Origin: Eledone cirrhosa
Lineage: Eukaryota
Direction: 5' to 3'
NCBI GenBank assembly: GCA_964016885.1
Contig: OZ024743.1
Span: 241,800,001-241,864,000 of the forward strand
DNA length: 64,000 nt
The position numbers and the translations under genes are program-made. Numbering within the stretch: position 1 is the first letter of the stretch; each line of letters begins with the position of its first letter. The notes below the pieces were generated by a model. That model did no database searches and was not told the origin of the DNA. It saw nothing but the letters and a program-made list of their open reading frames with translations. This document shows, piece after piece, positions 25,255 to 37,626 of the stretch.

Positions 25255-26463
25255 TACAATACATAAGCTGTTTTATAAATAATTAGTGACATACCTTGTG
25301 ATAATGCAACTTACTTTTAAAAAGTTGATTTGGTAGTGAAACTGTTATGATAGTTATATAGAAAGAAAACGAAGATGAGAAGAAGAAGATGAAGAGATGT
25401 ATGCAAATAAAAAAAAAGAAGAAGATGAAGAGATGTATGCAAAGAAAAACAACGGAGCGAGATAGAGAGACAAGGAGAGAGAGAAATACATTGATGGTGA
25501 AAAAACATAGTAGGCTGCTTTTTGACAGATGATCATCGTATATGTGAGAGGTTAAGGGAAGGGATACAGTTAAATTAGTGTATAGGAGAAAAAGAAAGAA
25601 AGATGATATATTTAAAATATATTAAAAATATGTTATGTCTCATCCATTTGAATTATCAATTTTTATGAATTAGGTATTATAATGTAAATATCAGTATTCA
25701 TGAATGAGACACATATCCATAATGTGTGAAAAAAATGACCACATGCTCAGTTAAAAATTCTTAGGTCTATAAGCAAAATCTGAGATAAAACTTCAAACAT
25801 AAGTATATATGCATTCTCGTGAAAAAAGAGAAAAGAGAAGGTTATCTCAAATTCAAGTTGATAAATATAGACGCACATGTGAACCTACGTGATACGCTGC
25901 ACTGATTCTTATATTTCATGAAAAACTTCAATGCGTTAGAAAAGATTCCACCCTACATACATTTACATACATATATACATATATATAGACATAAAATATA
26001 CAAGATATACATTAACATCTAAAATAACATTCCAGCCCCACTTGCATGATCATCGATCAAGCATAGAGTAGACAACAGATATCAATATTAAAATTAAAAA
26101 CGCCAAGAATATCTTCGTCACTCCACAGAGTATCTAGGGACGCAAGAGAACATAGTATGCCACGCATATCGGTCATAGAATCAGAGTCAAAAGCAAACAA
26201 AACCAAAATTGTTCATCAAGCCTTATTTAGCAGAAATCATTCAAAACTTATTCTACAAATGCTCTTATATTTATTATAGAAGTTTATCCAGCTTAAAAAT
26301 TTATTCAAAAGATTGGGGACAACGCCAATTATAGGGTAGTTTATTTAATCTCATTAATTATATATTCATGCAGAAAGGTTTTTAAAAAAAAAAAAAAAAA
26401 AATTTAAGGAATCGAAAGATCACAAATAGTTAAATACCTTAAGTAAATATACTACATTTTATA

Positions 26464-27675
26464 TTACATTTTAAATTTATATTTATATTTAAATGTTGAG
26501 TTCAATCTATGTCTGCAACAGCTGAATAAATTGGTTCGTAAATTAAGGGAATTTTTAGATTTTAATATAAAGAATATCTCCTCCGCGTAGAGGTCACAAG
26601 TCTCAGAAGAGGAATTAAAAGGAATCCCTTTTGAGACTATATTCCAAACCATCGAATATCCAACTTTATCATGCTTAAGTTGCCAGAGTAACCCTGACAG
26701 CGATGTTGAGGATTTTTTATTTGGATCCGTGAAAGAATTTTTGTGATTATTATAGCGAAGTTTAAATTCTGTCGAGGTGGAACCAACATAATTAAAAGAA
26801 TTTAAATCAGTTCTAACATTACAGTTGTATATTATATTTTTAACTAAGCAATTGTTATTTAGCGGACATTTAGATCTATCTCTACAGTTACAGTTTTTTA
26901 GTTGAATATTGTTTAGGCTATTTTCGGTATTTTGGCTAGGTTTTAGATTCCTATTATTTATTCTATTAATATTTTGTGCTAAATTTTTGGTGGACGAGTA
27001 TGTTAATTTTATAGTATGTCTATTAAAAATTGAGTGATACTTATGTGTTCTAGGGAAGCGTTTGTCAAGAGCATTAAAAAATAGTTTAGCGATGTGGGTT
27101 TTAATGTTTAGTGAGAAGGGGGGGGGGGCAAACCATATTATATTTCTAGTTCTATTTCTTTTCAGGTTTTTGAAATTATTGTAGTGCTTTCTATTATAGT
27201 TGTTAAAGTTGTTACTGTAATTAAAATTGTTGTTATTTTGGTTAGTTTGTCTATTATCGATGTACATAATTTTATCACTATATCCTGCTCTAGCTAAAGC
27301 TTCATTATAATACTGGGCTTTTTCGTCAAAAATATTTTTATTGGAAGAGATTCTAGAGATACGTTTCTGAACAGAGTTCACTATAGTATTTTTGACAGAT
27401 CTGGGGTGATTGGAGCTAAAATTGACATAATTCAAGTTTTCATTTAACTTGTGAAATGGATAGTGAAGACATGTGTTGAGATTAAATGTTACGTCTAGGA
27501 AATTGACTATTCTATGGTTATTCTCAATTTCTATTTTTAGATTAAGGTAATTAAAAAATTGTATAATTTGTTTTCTTTTCTTATTTAGTTCAGAGTTATT
27601 ATTTTCAATAAGTAAAAGCATGTCATCTCTATATAAACCTCCGGTAACACCGGGTATTTTCCTATGCAGCGAATT
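26464..27675 (-). pseudogene. PLE reverse transcriptase C-terminal part + GIY-YIG endonuclease (Naiad-like), 5'-truncated
   Basis: GLYRDD, VNFLDVTFNL, YVN..SNHP, IIWF.PPFS, CNCR..KCPL...C, IIY...YVGST..FK.RYNNH and C-terminal CRH. Confidence 0.9.
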
Positions 27676-27685
27676 GACTATCTCA

Positions 27686-28929
27686 GGTAACGGACCTTGT
27701 GGGCCTATTTATAATTAATTCGCTGCATAGGAAAATACCCGGTGTTACCGGAGGTTTATATAGAGATGACATGCTTTTACTTATTGAAAATAATAACTCT
27801 GAACTAAATAAGAAAAGAAAACAAATTATACAATTTTTTAATTACCTTAATCTAAAAATAGAAATTGAGAATAACCATAGAATAGTCAATTTCCTAGACG
27901 TAACATTTAATCTCAACACATGTCTTCACTATCCATTTCACATGTTAAATGAAAACTTGAATTATGTCAATTTTAGCTCCAATCACCCCAGATATGTCAA
28001 AAATACTATAGTGAACTCTGTTCAAAAACGTATCTCTAGAATCTCTTCCAATAAAAATATTTTTGATGAAAAAGCCCAGTATTATAATGAAGCTTTAGCT
28101 AGAGCAGGATATAGTGATAAAATTATGTACATCGATAATAGACAAACTAACCAAAATAACAACAATTTTAATTACAGTAACAACTTTAACAACTATAATA
28201 GAAAGCACTACAATAATTTCAAAAACCAGAAAAGAAATAGAACTAGAAATATAATATGGTTTGCCACCCCCCCCTTTCTCACTAAACATTAAAACCCACA
28301 TCGCTAAACTATTTTTTAATGCTCTTGACAAACGCTTCCCTAGAACACATAAGTATCACTCAATTTTTAATAGACATACTATAAAATTAACATACTCGTC
28401 CACCAAAAATTTAGCACAAAATATTAATAGAATAAATAATAGGAATCTAAAACCTAGCCAAAATACCGAAAATAGCCTAAACAATATTCAACTAAAAAAC
28501 TGTAACTGTAGAGATAGATCTAAATGTCCGCTAAATAACAATTGCTTAGTTAAAAATATAATATACAACTGTAATGTTAGAACTGATTTAAATTCTTTTA
28601 ATTATGTTGGTTCCACCTCGACAGAATTTAAACTTCGCTATAATAATCACAAAAATTCTTTCACGGATCCAAATAAAAAATCCTCAACATCGCTGTCAGG
28701 GTTACTCTGGCAACTTAAGCATGATAAAGTTGGATATTCGATGGTTTGGAATATAGTCTCAAAAGGGATTCCTTTTAATTCCTCTTCTGAGACTTGTGAC
28801 CTCTACGCGGAGGAGATATTCTTTATATTAAAATCTAAAAATTCCCTTAATTTACGAACCAATTTATTCAGCTGTTGCAGACATAGATTGAACTCAACAT
28901 TTAAATATAAATATAAATTTAAAATGTAA
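27686..28929 (+). pseudogene. Second arm of the PLE RT/GIY-YIG ORF, frameshifted at a poly-C run near 28265-28275
   Basis: ORFs 27699-28292 and 28261-28929 together reproduce the minus-arm protein. Confidence 0.9.
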
Positions 28930-30140
28930 TATAAAATGTAGTATATTTACTTAAGGTATTTAACTATTTGTGATCTTTCGATTCCTTAAATTTTTTTTTT
29001 TTTTTTTTTTAAAACCTTTCTGCATGAATATATAATTAATGAGATTAAATAAACTACCCTATAATTGGCGTTGTCCCCAATCTTTTGAATAAATTTTTAA
29101 GCTGGATAAACTTCTATAATAAATATAAGAGCATTTGTAGAATAAGTTTTGAATGATTTCTGCTAAATAAGGCTTGATGAACAATTTTGGTTTTGTTTGC
29201 TTTTGGCTCTGATTCTATGACCGATATGCGTGGCATACTATGTTCTCTTGCGTCCCTAGATACTCTGTGGAGTGACGAAGATATTCTTGGCGTTTTTAAT
29301 TTTAATATTGATATCTGTTGTCTACTCTATGCTTGATCGATGATCATGCAAGTGGGGCTGGAATGTTATTTTAGATGTTAATGTATATCTTGTATATTTT
29401 ATGTCTATATATATGTATATATGTATGTAAATGTATGTAGGGTGGAATCTTTTCTAACGCATTGAAGTTTTTCATGAAATATAAGAATCAGTGCAGCGTA
29501 TCACGTAGGTTCACATGTGCGTCTATATTTATCAACTTGAATTTGAGATAACCTTCTCTTTTCTCTTTTTTCACGAGAATGCATATATACTTATGTTTGA
29601 AGTTTTATCTCAGATTTTGCTTATAGACCTAAGAATTTTTAACTGAGCATGTGGTCATTTTTTTCACACATTATGGATATGTGTCTCAGTCATGAATACT
29701 GATATTTACATTATAATACCTAATTCATAAAAATTGATAATTCAAATGGATGAGACATAACATATTTTTAATATATTTTAAATATATCATCTTTCTTTCT
29801 TTTTCTCCTATACACTAATTTAACTGTATCCCTTCCCTTAACCTCTCACATATACGATGATCATCTGTCAAAAAGCACCCTACTATGTTTTTTCACCATC
29901 AATGTATTTCTCTCTCTCTCCTTGTCTCTCTATCTCGCTCCGTTGTTTTTCTTTGCATACATCTCTTCATCTTCTTCTTTTTTTTTATTTGCATACATCT
30001 CTTCATCTTCTTCTTCTCATCTTCGTTTTCTTTCTATATAACTATCATAACAGTTTCACTACCAAATCAACTTTTTAAAAGGAAGTTGCATTATCACAAG
30101 GTATGTCACTAATTATTTATAAAACAGCTTATGTATTGTA

Positions 30141-30202
30141 TTTTGTCTGAGGAAGGCATAACATATTTTTAATATGATATCCCAGAAATATATATAACGA
30201 AA
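30141..30202 (+). ncRNA. Hammerhead motif in the PLE pseudo-LTR (plus arm)
   Basis: ttttgt-CTGAGGA-[ggcataacatatt-ttt-aatatgatatcc hairpin]-GAAA-tatata-TA-acgaaa. Confidence 0.62.
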
Positions 30203-30361
30203 TAAATATGGTTTTATAAATATAAATATAGTTTCCATTTGTTTAATATCGTAAACCTACTCCAGAAACTGTTGAGTGCTTTTATATCAGTTATAAAATA
30301 TTTACTCGTTGTAACCCAACAATCTTAAATAAAACTTTTGCATATATATATATATATATAT

Positions 30362-30502
30362 ATAACGAAGGAGTTGTGGTAAGGAACCAGATGGACCATA
30401 ACGCACCAGAGTACTCCATACTTAGGTTAGTAGAGTGGGAAATAGGAAAAAGTATGACCCCGACGGCAGAGCTCAAGCCGTTTCGACGGCTATTTCTGGA
30501 CA
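30362..30502 (-). mobile_element. Family A copy
   Basis: Minus strand reads GAAA-cggc-ttgagctct-gccG-TC-gggg plus the shared 3' body. Confidence 0.75.
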
Positions 30503-32852
30503 GGTATATAAATAAAGGTAAATAAGAGTCAATATAGTTCAAGTTGTAGTAAGATAATATAAGTTGTACATATAGATACAGATATAGAGGATAGATGAGA
30601 TGGAATGGTAACAGATTGTACCTAGTGTAAAGTTCGGGTTCTGAATTCAGTGCGAGTCACAAAAAGTCCTGAGGTATAGAGTAGAGAATACAGTCAATAC
30701 AATACATGTTTTAGTATAATACGTAGAGTTTTGTCGGAATCGGAATCCTCCTGACAAGGAAGTGGTATCAGGTGGCGGTAGATAAGGCGCAGATTAGCCA
30801 AAATTCGAATGGCAAGTAGATCAATTAATCCCATACTGGTAATAGCTGTACACTGAAATCAATATCACATTTTGAAGTGCTCAACATTATAGGAGCATTA
30901 TTTCTTAAGGTTTTTTGGTTCACCACTGGATAGAACTGGTCATTCCGTATGGTCAATCCTGGTGTAATATTGTGAAGAGTACTCAACCCATGGCTTTTTA
31001 CATATTCCTTTGTTATATTCCAATACCTGATGATATCACCGGATTCATTTGGAACCCGGTCATTGAAATGATCATAGTATAATAAACCTTTCAAGGATTT
31101 ACACCAGTCCAGTCTCCTGTTACTTCATTTATAATTAACTCCGTATTCGCACCACCAACTACACAAACGAAGATGGGTGAACTGCACTGCGTTGAGTACT
31201 CTTCACAATATTACACCAGGATTGACCATACGGAATGACCAGTTCTATCCAGTGGTGTACCAACAAACCTTAAGAAATAATGCTCCTATAATGTTGAGCA
31301 CTTCAAAATGTGATATTGAACAGCGGCATTGATTTCAGTGTACAGCTATTACCAGCATGGGATTAATTGATCTACTTGCCATTCGGATTTTGGCTGCTCT
31401 GCACCTTATCTACCGCCACCTGATACCACTTCCTTGTCAGGAGGATTCCGATTCCGACAAAACTCTACGTATTATACTAAAACTTGTATTGTATTGACTG
31501 TATTCTCTACTCTATACCTCAGGACTTTTTGTGACTCGCACTGAATTCAGAACCCGAACTTTACACTAGGTACAATCTGTTACCATTCCATCTCCTCTAT
31601 CCTCTATATCTATATCTATATGTACAACTTATATTATCTTACTACAACTTGATCTATATTGACTCTTATTTACCTTTATTAATTTTGTTACTATCTCATT
31701 AATGTATATTTTATTATTTTATTAATGTATTTTTATCAATGTATTGGTATTTTTTTGTAACTTTTCCTTACTCAGGTCATTATGCACCTTCATAGCCCCC
31801 TACCCACCCAAGAACCACACTACCTATAACCTGGACTAACTGGGACTTTAAAATAATTTAGAATAATTTTGATCTATTTGCACTTTTCATTGTTTGACTT
31901 GTGTGGTGGCTTTTTCCCGGCTGTGCGCTGGGCACTCGGAAAGTTCAGCCTTCCTTGAGTGCTCGGAAAAATAAATTTCTCCTCTTTCGGTAAATGAAAT
32001 TACTCGGAGTGCCTTGCTCTGCCCCAGTACCACCGCGCCGCTTGTTTTGGCTGCCTATTTATACCTGTACCTACAAACTCCAGGTTTCGGCACAACTATT
32101 AGCTTTATCTTGCCTCTATTGACATGTAAATAAACCCCTAATGTGTGATTTAATTGTATCCGTGGTATAGACGATGGCCTGTCGAAATTCTGGGGTTCCC
32201 GCTAGCGATCCCGGAGCCAAAGTTAGTTACGTTCCTAGAGTACTCGGAAAAATTAATTTCCATTTCTTTCGCTGGACGATACCACTCGAGACTGGCTGAC
32301 TCATGGTGGTGGGTGTGCTGTCTGGGACTCCCAATCGAAATCTTTACTCTATATCCCATCCTAATAGCTTATCGAGTTAAAAAAATGTTTTTCACATAAG
32401 ACTCTCTCCGTAAGTTCGTTAAATAAATAAATCTCGCTACCTCTATTTTTCAATTTACCATTTTGCAATATAATATTTTTAATTTAATTTATTTCATCCT
32501 ATAACTCGCATCATAAGTTTAGTGTTCCAATCTTCGGTTCACACATTAGACCATACTATAGATTCTTTGGGTAGCATTCTTTTCGCGGCATTTTCTAACA
32601 TGAATGTATTTTGACCCTTACACTACACTTCTTTCTCCCTTTCTTTCTTTCATCCCCTTCTTCTTTGGCGGAGTGGTGGTAGTACATGATAGGCCTGCGC
32701 CCCCTTACCAGATGTTCACTGGTAGTTTTTCGGTTGCCAACACTTATAGGGCGGCTGGCTGTGAAGCTAGTTGGTCAGTCGCCTTCTCTGTCTCTGGTTT
32801 CTCGGACCCATGGTTTTTCGGACCCATGGTGAACCAACAAACCTTAAAAAAT
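30503..32852. mobile_element. Unclassified element with ~480 bp inverted arms and a long 3' extension
   Basis: 30511-30988 is the reverse complement of 31191-31680, apart from a ~10 bp indel. The layout resembles the neighbouring PLE, but I recognise no protein motif. Confidence 0.55.
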
Positions 32853-32872
32853 ATATATAGAGAGAGAGAGAG

Positions 32873-33310
32873 AACGATGAAAGATATAGAAGGTTAAACA
32901 ATACAAAATGGACTGTAAGATGAGGTAAAGAAAAGCAAATGTTACACAGTAATCTTTGTTTTGTTGTTGTTCTTCTTCTTTTATCTGTCCAATATTTCGG
33001 GACCTAAAACTCCTTCATTAAGGAAACTTCAGTGAATAAGGTTCCAATTTCCTCTCTTTAGGACACAATTTTGATTTTGATTTAAATTTTTTATAAGTCG
33101 TTTTCAAGCGTTTTTTTATGGTTACTTCGCTTTCCACTGAAGGTTCCTTCAACCGTTATGAAGGGACTTTTAGGTCCAGAAATATTGGACAGATAAAAGA
33201 AGAACAACAACAACAAAACAAAACAAAGATTACCAGGTAACTTTTACTTTTCCTTACCTCATCTTACACTCCATTTTGCATTATTTAGGCTTCTATCTCT
33301 TTCAACGTTA
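32873..33310. repeat. Diverged inverted repeat with ~165 bp arms and a ~100 bp spacer (pLTR-like)
   Basis: 32873-33033 vs 33136-33310. Both arms carry a decayed ..atgaagg(g)ac..gtcc(c)gaaatat hammerhead-like segment. Confidence 0.7.
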
Positions 33311-33744
33311 TATATTATATACAATGCTTCAAGCAAACTATAACATTTTATTATATATATATATATATGTGTGTGTGTATCCATTTACATATCTTGTATT
33401 CTAATGCTCGTTTTCCCATACTTAGCTCTGACCGTGTATTTATGAGTGTCTGGGTTGTGTGTGTGCTGTGTATTGTTTGAGTTATGTGTGTGTGGTATGT
33501 GTTCGTGTATGCTTGTGTGTGTATAAGCGTATATTTGTCTGTGTGTCTATGTTTGCATATATTCAGTCCCCCCCCCCAAAAAAAAAGCGTACCCAGTTTG
33601 GTTACCTGTACAGGCAATATTTATTAGAATGCTGTTGAAGTGTATATACATTTTGGGGGACACCCTGTATGTGCGTGTGTGTGTCTGTGTGTGATTCTGT
33701 GTGTGACTCTGTGTGTGTGTGTGTGTGTCTGTGTGTGTCTGTGT

Positions 33745-33813
<69 letters not shown>

Positions 33814-34156
33814 TGTGTGCATGAGTGAATGGATGTGGTGGGGCGAATAGAGACTACTTTCCAATAGGCAAAGTCAATCAGATGTCAGCTAGCACTTCTC
33901 CTGAAAGACCAATCATACCATAAGAGAATCAAAGCCAGATTGAGCCACTCTTCATCCCAAATACCATTCAAATACCATTGCTAAAGAAAGTCATTGAACG
34001 AAACTCACAATCTGTGAAATAAGTTGTCTCCGATGAGGAGATGGCATAACAAGAAGGAATCTGGTGAGAAACGAAAGATTTTGGCAGCTGTTTGGTGTCA
34101 TGCGTATCACCTGGTTGAAAGCTCAACAACATATAAAATGGTTTCTTTACCTGTTA

Positions 34157-34280
34157 CTAATTGTTTGTACTTTGGCACAAGGCCAGCAATTATATCAGTA
34201 CGTTACTGGTACTTTGTTTTATCGACCACGTATGGATGAAAGGCAAGGTTAACCTCAGCGGGATTTGAACTCAGGTCGTA
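34157..34280 (-). mobile_element. CORE-type SINE, truncated
   Basis: B box, CORE and tail homologous to 21241-21427. Confidence 0.8.
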
Positions 34281-34569
34281 AATAATGTCAAATAATCTGC
34301 CGGCCCTACGGACCTACAGGCATCAAATATTCAGGCATCAGTTTCAGAGAAATCCCACGCCGGAAATTGAATGATGAAGACACAGAACGGTTCGGCATCC
34401 GCTGTATGGAACCATTGGAGTCAATACACTTAACTGCCAGCTTCATTCCATCTATATATCTTCAAATATTTCCTTATAAAAAAAGAATATTCGACTATAT
34501 TTATTGCTATTGTGACAGAGAAACTTTGAGCTTTAATAGATATATATATATGCATACATACACATATAC

Positions 34570-34648
<79 letters not shown>

Positions 34649-35014
34649 AAATATATATATATATATATATACATATATATACACACACACATATATATAT
34701 ATGGTTTTTACAATATTTATTTTATCGAGTCTGAAGAGTCCAATCTTTCATCCTTTTAGATTTGTTATTTCTGTCGCCAACGATTTTTTTTTTCCGTTTA
34801 TCGCTTATCACATATATCTGTCTCCAATTTATCATTTTAAGCCAATACTATGCAATCAATATATTCATAAATACTAACCCATTCTAGGAGAAAAGGAACA
34901 CCCGTACAATAGTAATCAATCAGAAATATAATTCCAAATATACCTCGCAGATAATTAGTGGTATAATCCAGAAAACGTGACATATAGTCTAGTGCAGCAC
35001 CATTTTTAAACATA

Positions 35015-35180
35015 GAGTGAATTAGCAGAATCGTTAGAACATATAATAGAGTATTTTGCTGTATCATTCTGGCTCTCTGCACTCTTAGTTCGAATCCCAT
35101 CGAGGTCGAATTTGCTTTTCATACTTTCGAGTTCAATAAAAAAAAAAAATAAATAACACAAGTCCAATATTCAAGTCGGA
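35015..35180 (+). mobile_element. Diverged CORE-type SINE
   Basis: tagcagaatcg A-box-like segment, gttcgaatcc B box, degenerate CORE. Confidence 0.65.
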
Positions 35181-35849
35181 TCTATTTCTATAACATTTTC
35201 CCACTTCTCTATTACTTTCTGGCCTTCTCTGAAAGACATTGTGTTCAGAACTGGAAATGGATGAGTTGCCCCAGGTCTACAGTACCGAAGACACGTCGCA
35301 TTTCACTACGGGTCCCCTACATCTTCATCAAGTATTACGGGTTCATATAACAGTCAGGTACAGTGGTGACCAAACCAGAATATAACATCATTTCACACAA
35401 AAAAATAAAACCAGAAATAACAAGAATAACATTCGTTGTAATGAAATTTTATAAGTGAAAGTTCATTAAAATCACATTACATGATGAACATACACAAATA
35501 TTCAGTCGAAACAAGCTATAAACGTAGATTGAAATGTTCAGTTGATGAACAAGACGAAATTGTATTGGCATAAAATGATGAAGCGGTAGCTTCTGATCTT
35601 CCGTAGTCGCTATAGCTGAAGCAGTAAATTATATTTTTCACATCTTTAGACATGTTGACATGAAAACATCAGAAGTTGAACATTTCAGACGGCGGTTAGA
35701 AATTGTTTTGACTTAACCATGGTTGACATGTTCATCACGTAAGTGGCTTGACAACTTTGAAAATAAAGAAAAGAAAATTGAGAGCAAACCTCGTGTATAT
35801 AACCTATACATGAACAGATAAGATAAATATACACACATACATTTCGTAT

Positions 35850-35913
<64 letters not shown>

Positions 35914-35917
<4 letters not shown>

Positions 35918-36499
35918 AACGGAAAAATTGAAACGAAATTTCATTTCCCACTCTTAGTACGGCTGTTACTTAAATATAAGTATGTAGTATGTAGATATCT
36001 ATATATATATATACATACTACTGTACGTCTGTATACATATATATATGTACATGTACATACTTATATTTAAGTAACAGCCGTACTACGAGTGGGAAATGAA
36101 ATTTCGTTTCAATTTTTCCGTTTATCGTTTTCGGTGCACCCGGCCGATTAACCCACTCGATATGCAAATTGGGCTACTCAGCCGTTAAGGAAATGCATAA
36201 GGAAAGTATATACTTTCAGACGTTTAACAATCTGGCAGGAAGGTATACGTTGCTGACGATAGCTAATAAGCTCGAAACTAGTACAGCGTTCCTTTGTCAG
36301 TGTTGAACAAACGAGCAACGATGGTTGCTAGACACTGTACGGCTTAATACGGGATGTTTGTTTACAAACACACCGGGCATTATAATAAATGTTCGGTGAA
36401 TCCATACGTGCATATATATATGTGTGCATGTATGTATATATATATACATACTACTGTACGTCTGTATACATATATGTATGTACGTGTACATACTTATAT
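35914..36499 (+). mobile_element. Second locus of the ~433-nt hammerhead monomer, about 1.1 copies plus an inverted 5' piece
   Basis: 36011-36065 repeats at 36445-36499 (offset 434); 35914-35986 is inverted relative to 36053-36125; homologous to 8826-9395. Confidence 0.72.
36247..36289 (+). ncRNA. Minimal type I hammerhead ribozyme motif
   Basis: acgttg-CTGACGA-t-agct-aata-agct-c-GAAA-ctag-TA-cagcgt. Confidence 0.78.
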
Positions 36500-36547
36500 A
36501 TATTTTATATAGATACATAAATATCATATATATATATATATATATAT

Positions 36548-36731
36548 AATTGTTTATATTTTTGGCACAAGACCAGCAAATACCCAGTGCATTACTGGTA
36601 CTTTATTTTATCGACCCCGTAAGGATGAAAGGCAAAGTTAACCTCGGTGGGATTTGAACTCATAATGGCAAGGGCCGTAACTCTATGCTGCAAAGCATGG
36701 CGTCCGACCCTCTACCGATAATGCTAATCCA
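36548..36731 (-). mobile_element. CORE-type SINE
   Basis: Full homology to 21241-21427. Confidence 0.88.
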
Positions 36732-37409
36732 TATTCTTGTTCATGGTTATTGTTTTTTTATGTTGTTTACTCGATTTTTAGTGTGGACCCCAAAGTCTCT
36801 GAGTTTTGTATTGTTCCCTATATGTCGACTCTTGAAGTCAATAAAGAAATCAAATAAAGAAACTATTAGTATTATTAGTATCCTAGTTGTTAGGTCTTTC
36901 ATGAGGTGGTTCACATCACTCGTGTAAGTTTGTTCTATTTTCAGTCATTCAACCTTTTTTTTATTTTTGTTAGTTTTAACCTAAAAGGTATCTTCGTGAG
37001 CTGGTCAGTTTAGCTAAACCTGCAGATTTTAGGGCCTAAAGCTGTGTTTGTTTTTCAAACACGTTCCTCAATTTTCTGCTAAAATTAAAATGGAGCCCAC
37101 TAAATGAAATGGCCAGATATCCATAGTGTGGAACTGCCAAAATTCTCAAGATAATGACAGCAGCAACACCAACAACAACAACATCACCAGTAACAACAGC
37201 AGCAGCAAATAAAATAGACTTTCCACCTCTGCCAATGTCTACAACATTGAACGCCGCCGCCTCCACCACAATGATTATGCACAGTCAAAAGAAAGACCAC
37301 TACCACCACAACAACTGAAACAAGAACTAAGAAAGCATTAACAGACGATAGCGACAGCACAAATGATAACAATATGAACTAAAATAACAATAACAACAAC
37401 AATAATGAC

Positions 37410-37568
37410 TGTTTATTCTTATGGCACAAGGCCAGCAATTATTCCAATGCATTACTGCTACTTTATTTTATCGACCCTGTAAGGATGAAAGGCAAAGTTT
37501 ACCTCGGCGGGATTTGAACTCAGACCGTAAAGGGACGTAACTCTGTGCTGCAAAACATGGTGTTCGAA
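37410..37568 (-). mobile_element. CORE-type SINE, 5'-truncated
   Basis: B box, CORE and tail. Confidence 0.82.
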
Positions 37569-37626
37569 ATAACAACAACAATACTTTTGGAAGACCAGCT
37601 GCCAAAAAAGTACCGAACTCTTTTGC

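Larger units (their letters stand above)
25142..30341. mobile_element. Penelope-like retroelement as two 5'-truncated copies head-to-head (palindrome with ~2.5 kb arms)
   Basis: 25142-27675 is the reverse complement of about 27716-30252; both arms encode the same RT/GIY-YIG end; (TA)n at both outer ends. Confidence 0.93.

Noticed and set aside
28261-28280. Programmed frameshifts at poly-C/G runs in the PLE and Tx1 ORFs
   Set aside because: The sister copy is in frame; homopolymer slippage or sequencing error is the simpler explanation.
26464-28929. Selenoprotein-type Naiad element
   Set aside because: No in-frame TGA in the visible ORF, and no SECIS that I can identify by eye.
33564-33667. 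Tc1/mariner-like termini (cagtcccc..., ...gggggacaccctg|ta)
   Set aside because: The ends match each other poorly and there is no coding remnant, so it is not called as a feature.
35270-35371. Possible terminal host exon (GLQYRRHVAFHYGSPTSSSSITGSYNSQVQW*), and a similar stretch at 34290-34440
   Set aside because: Weak splice signals, no recognisable domain and no linked exons.
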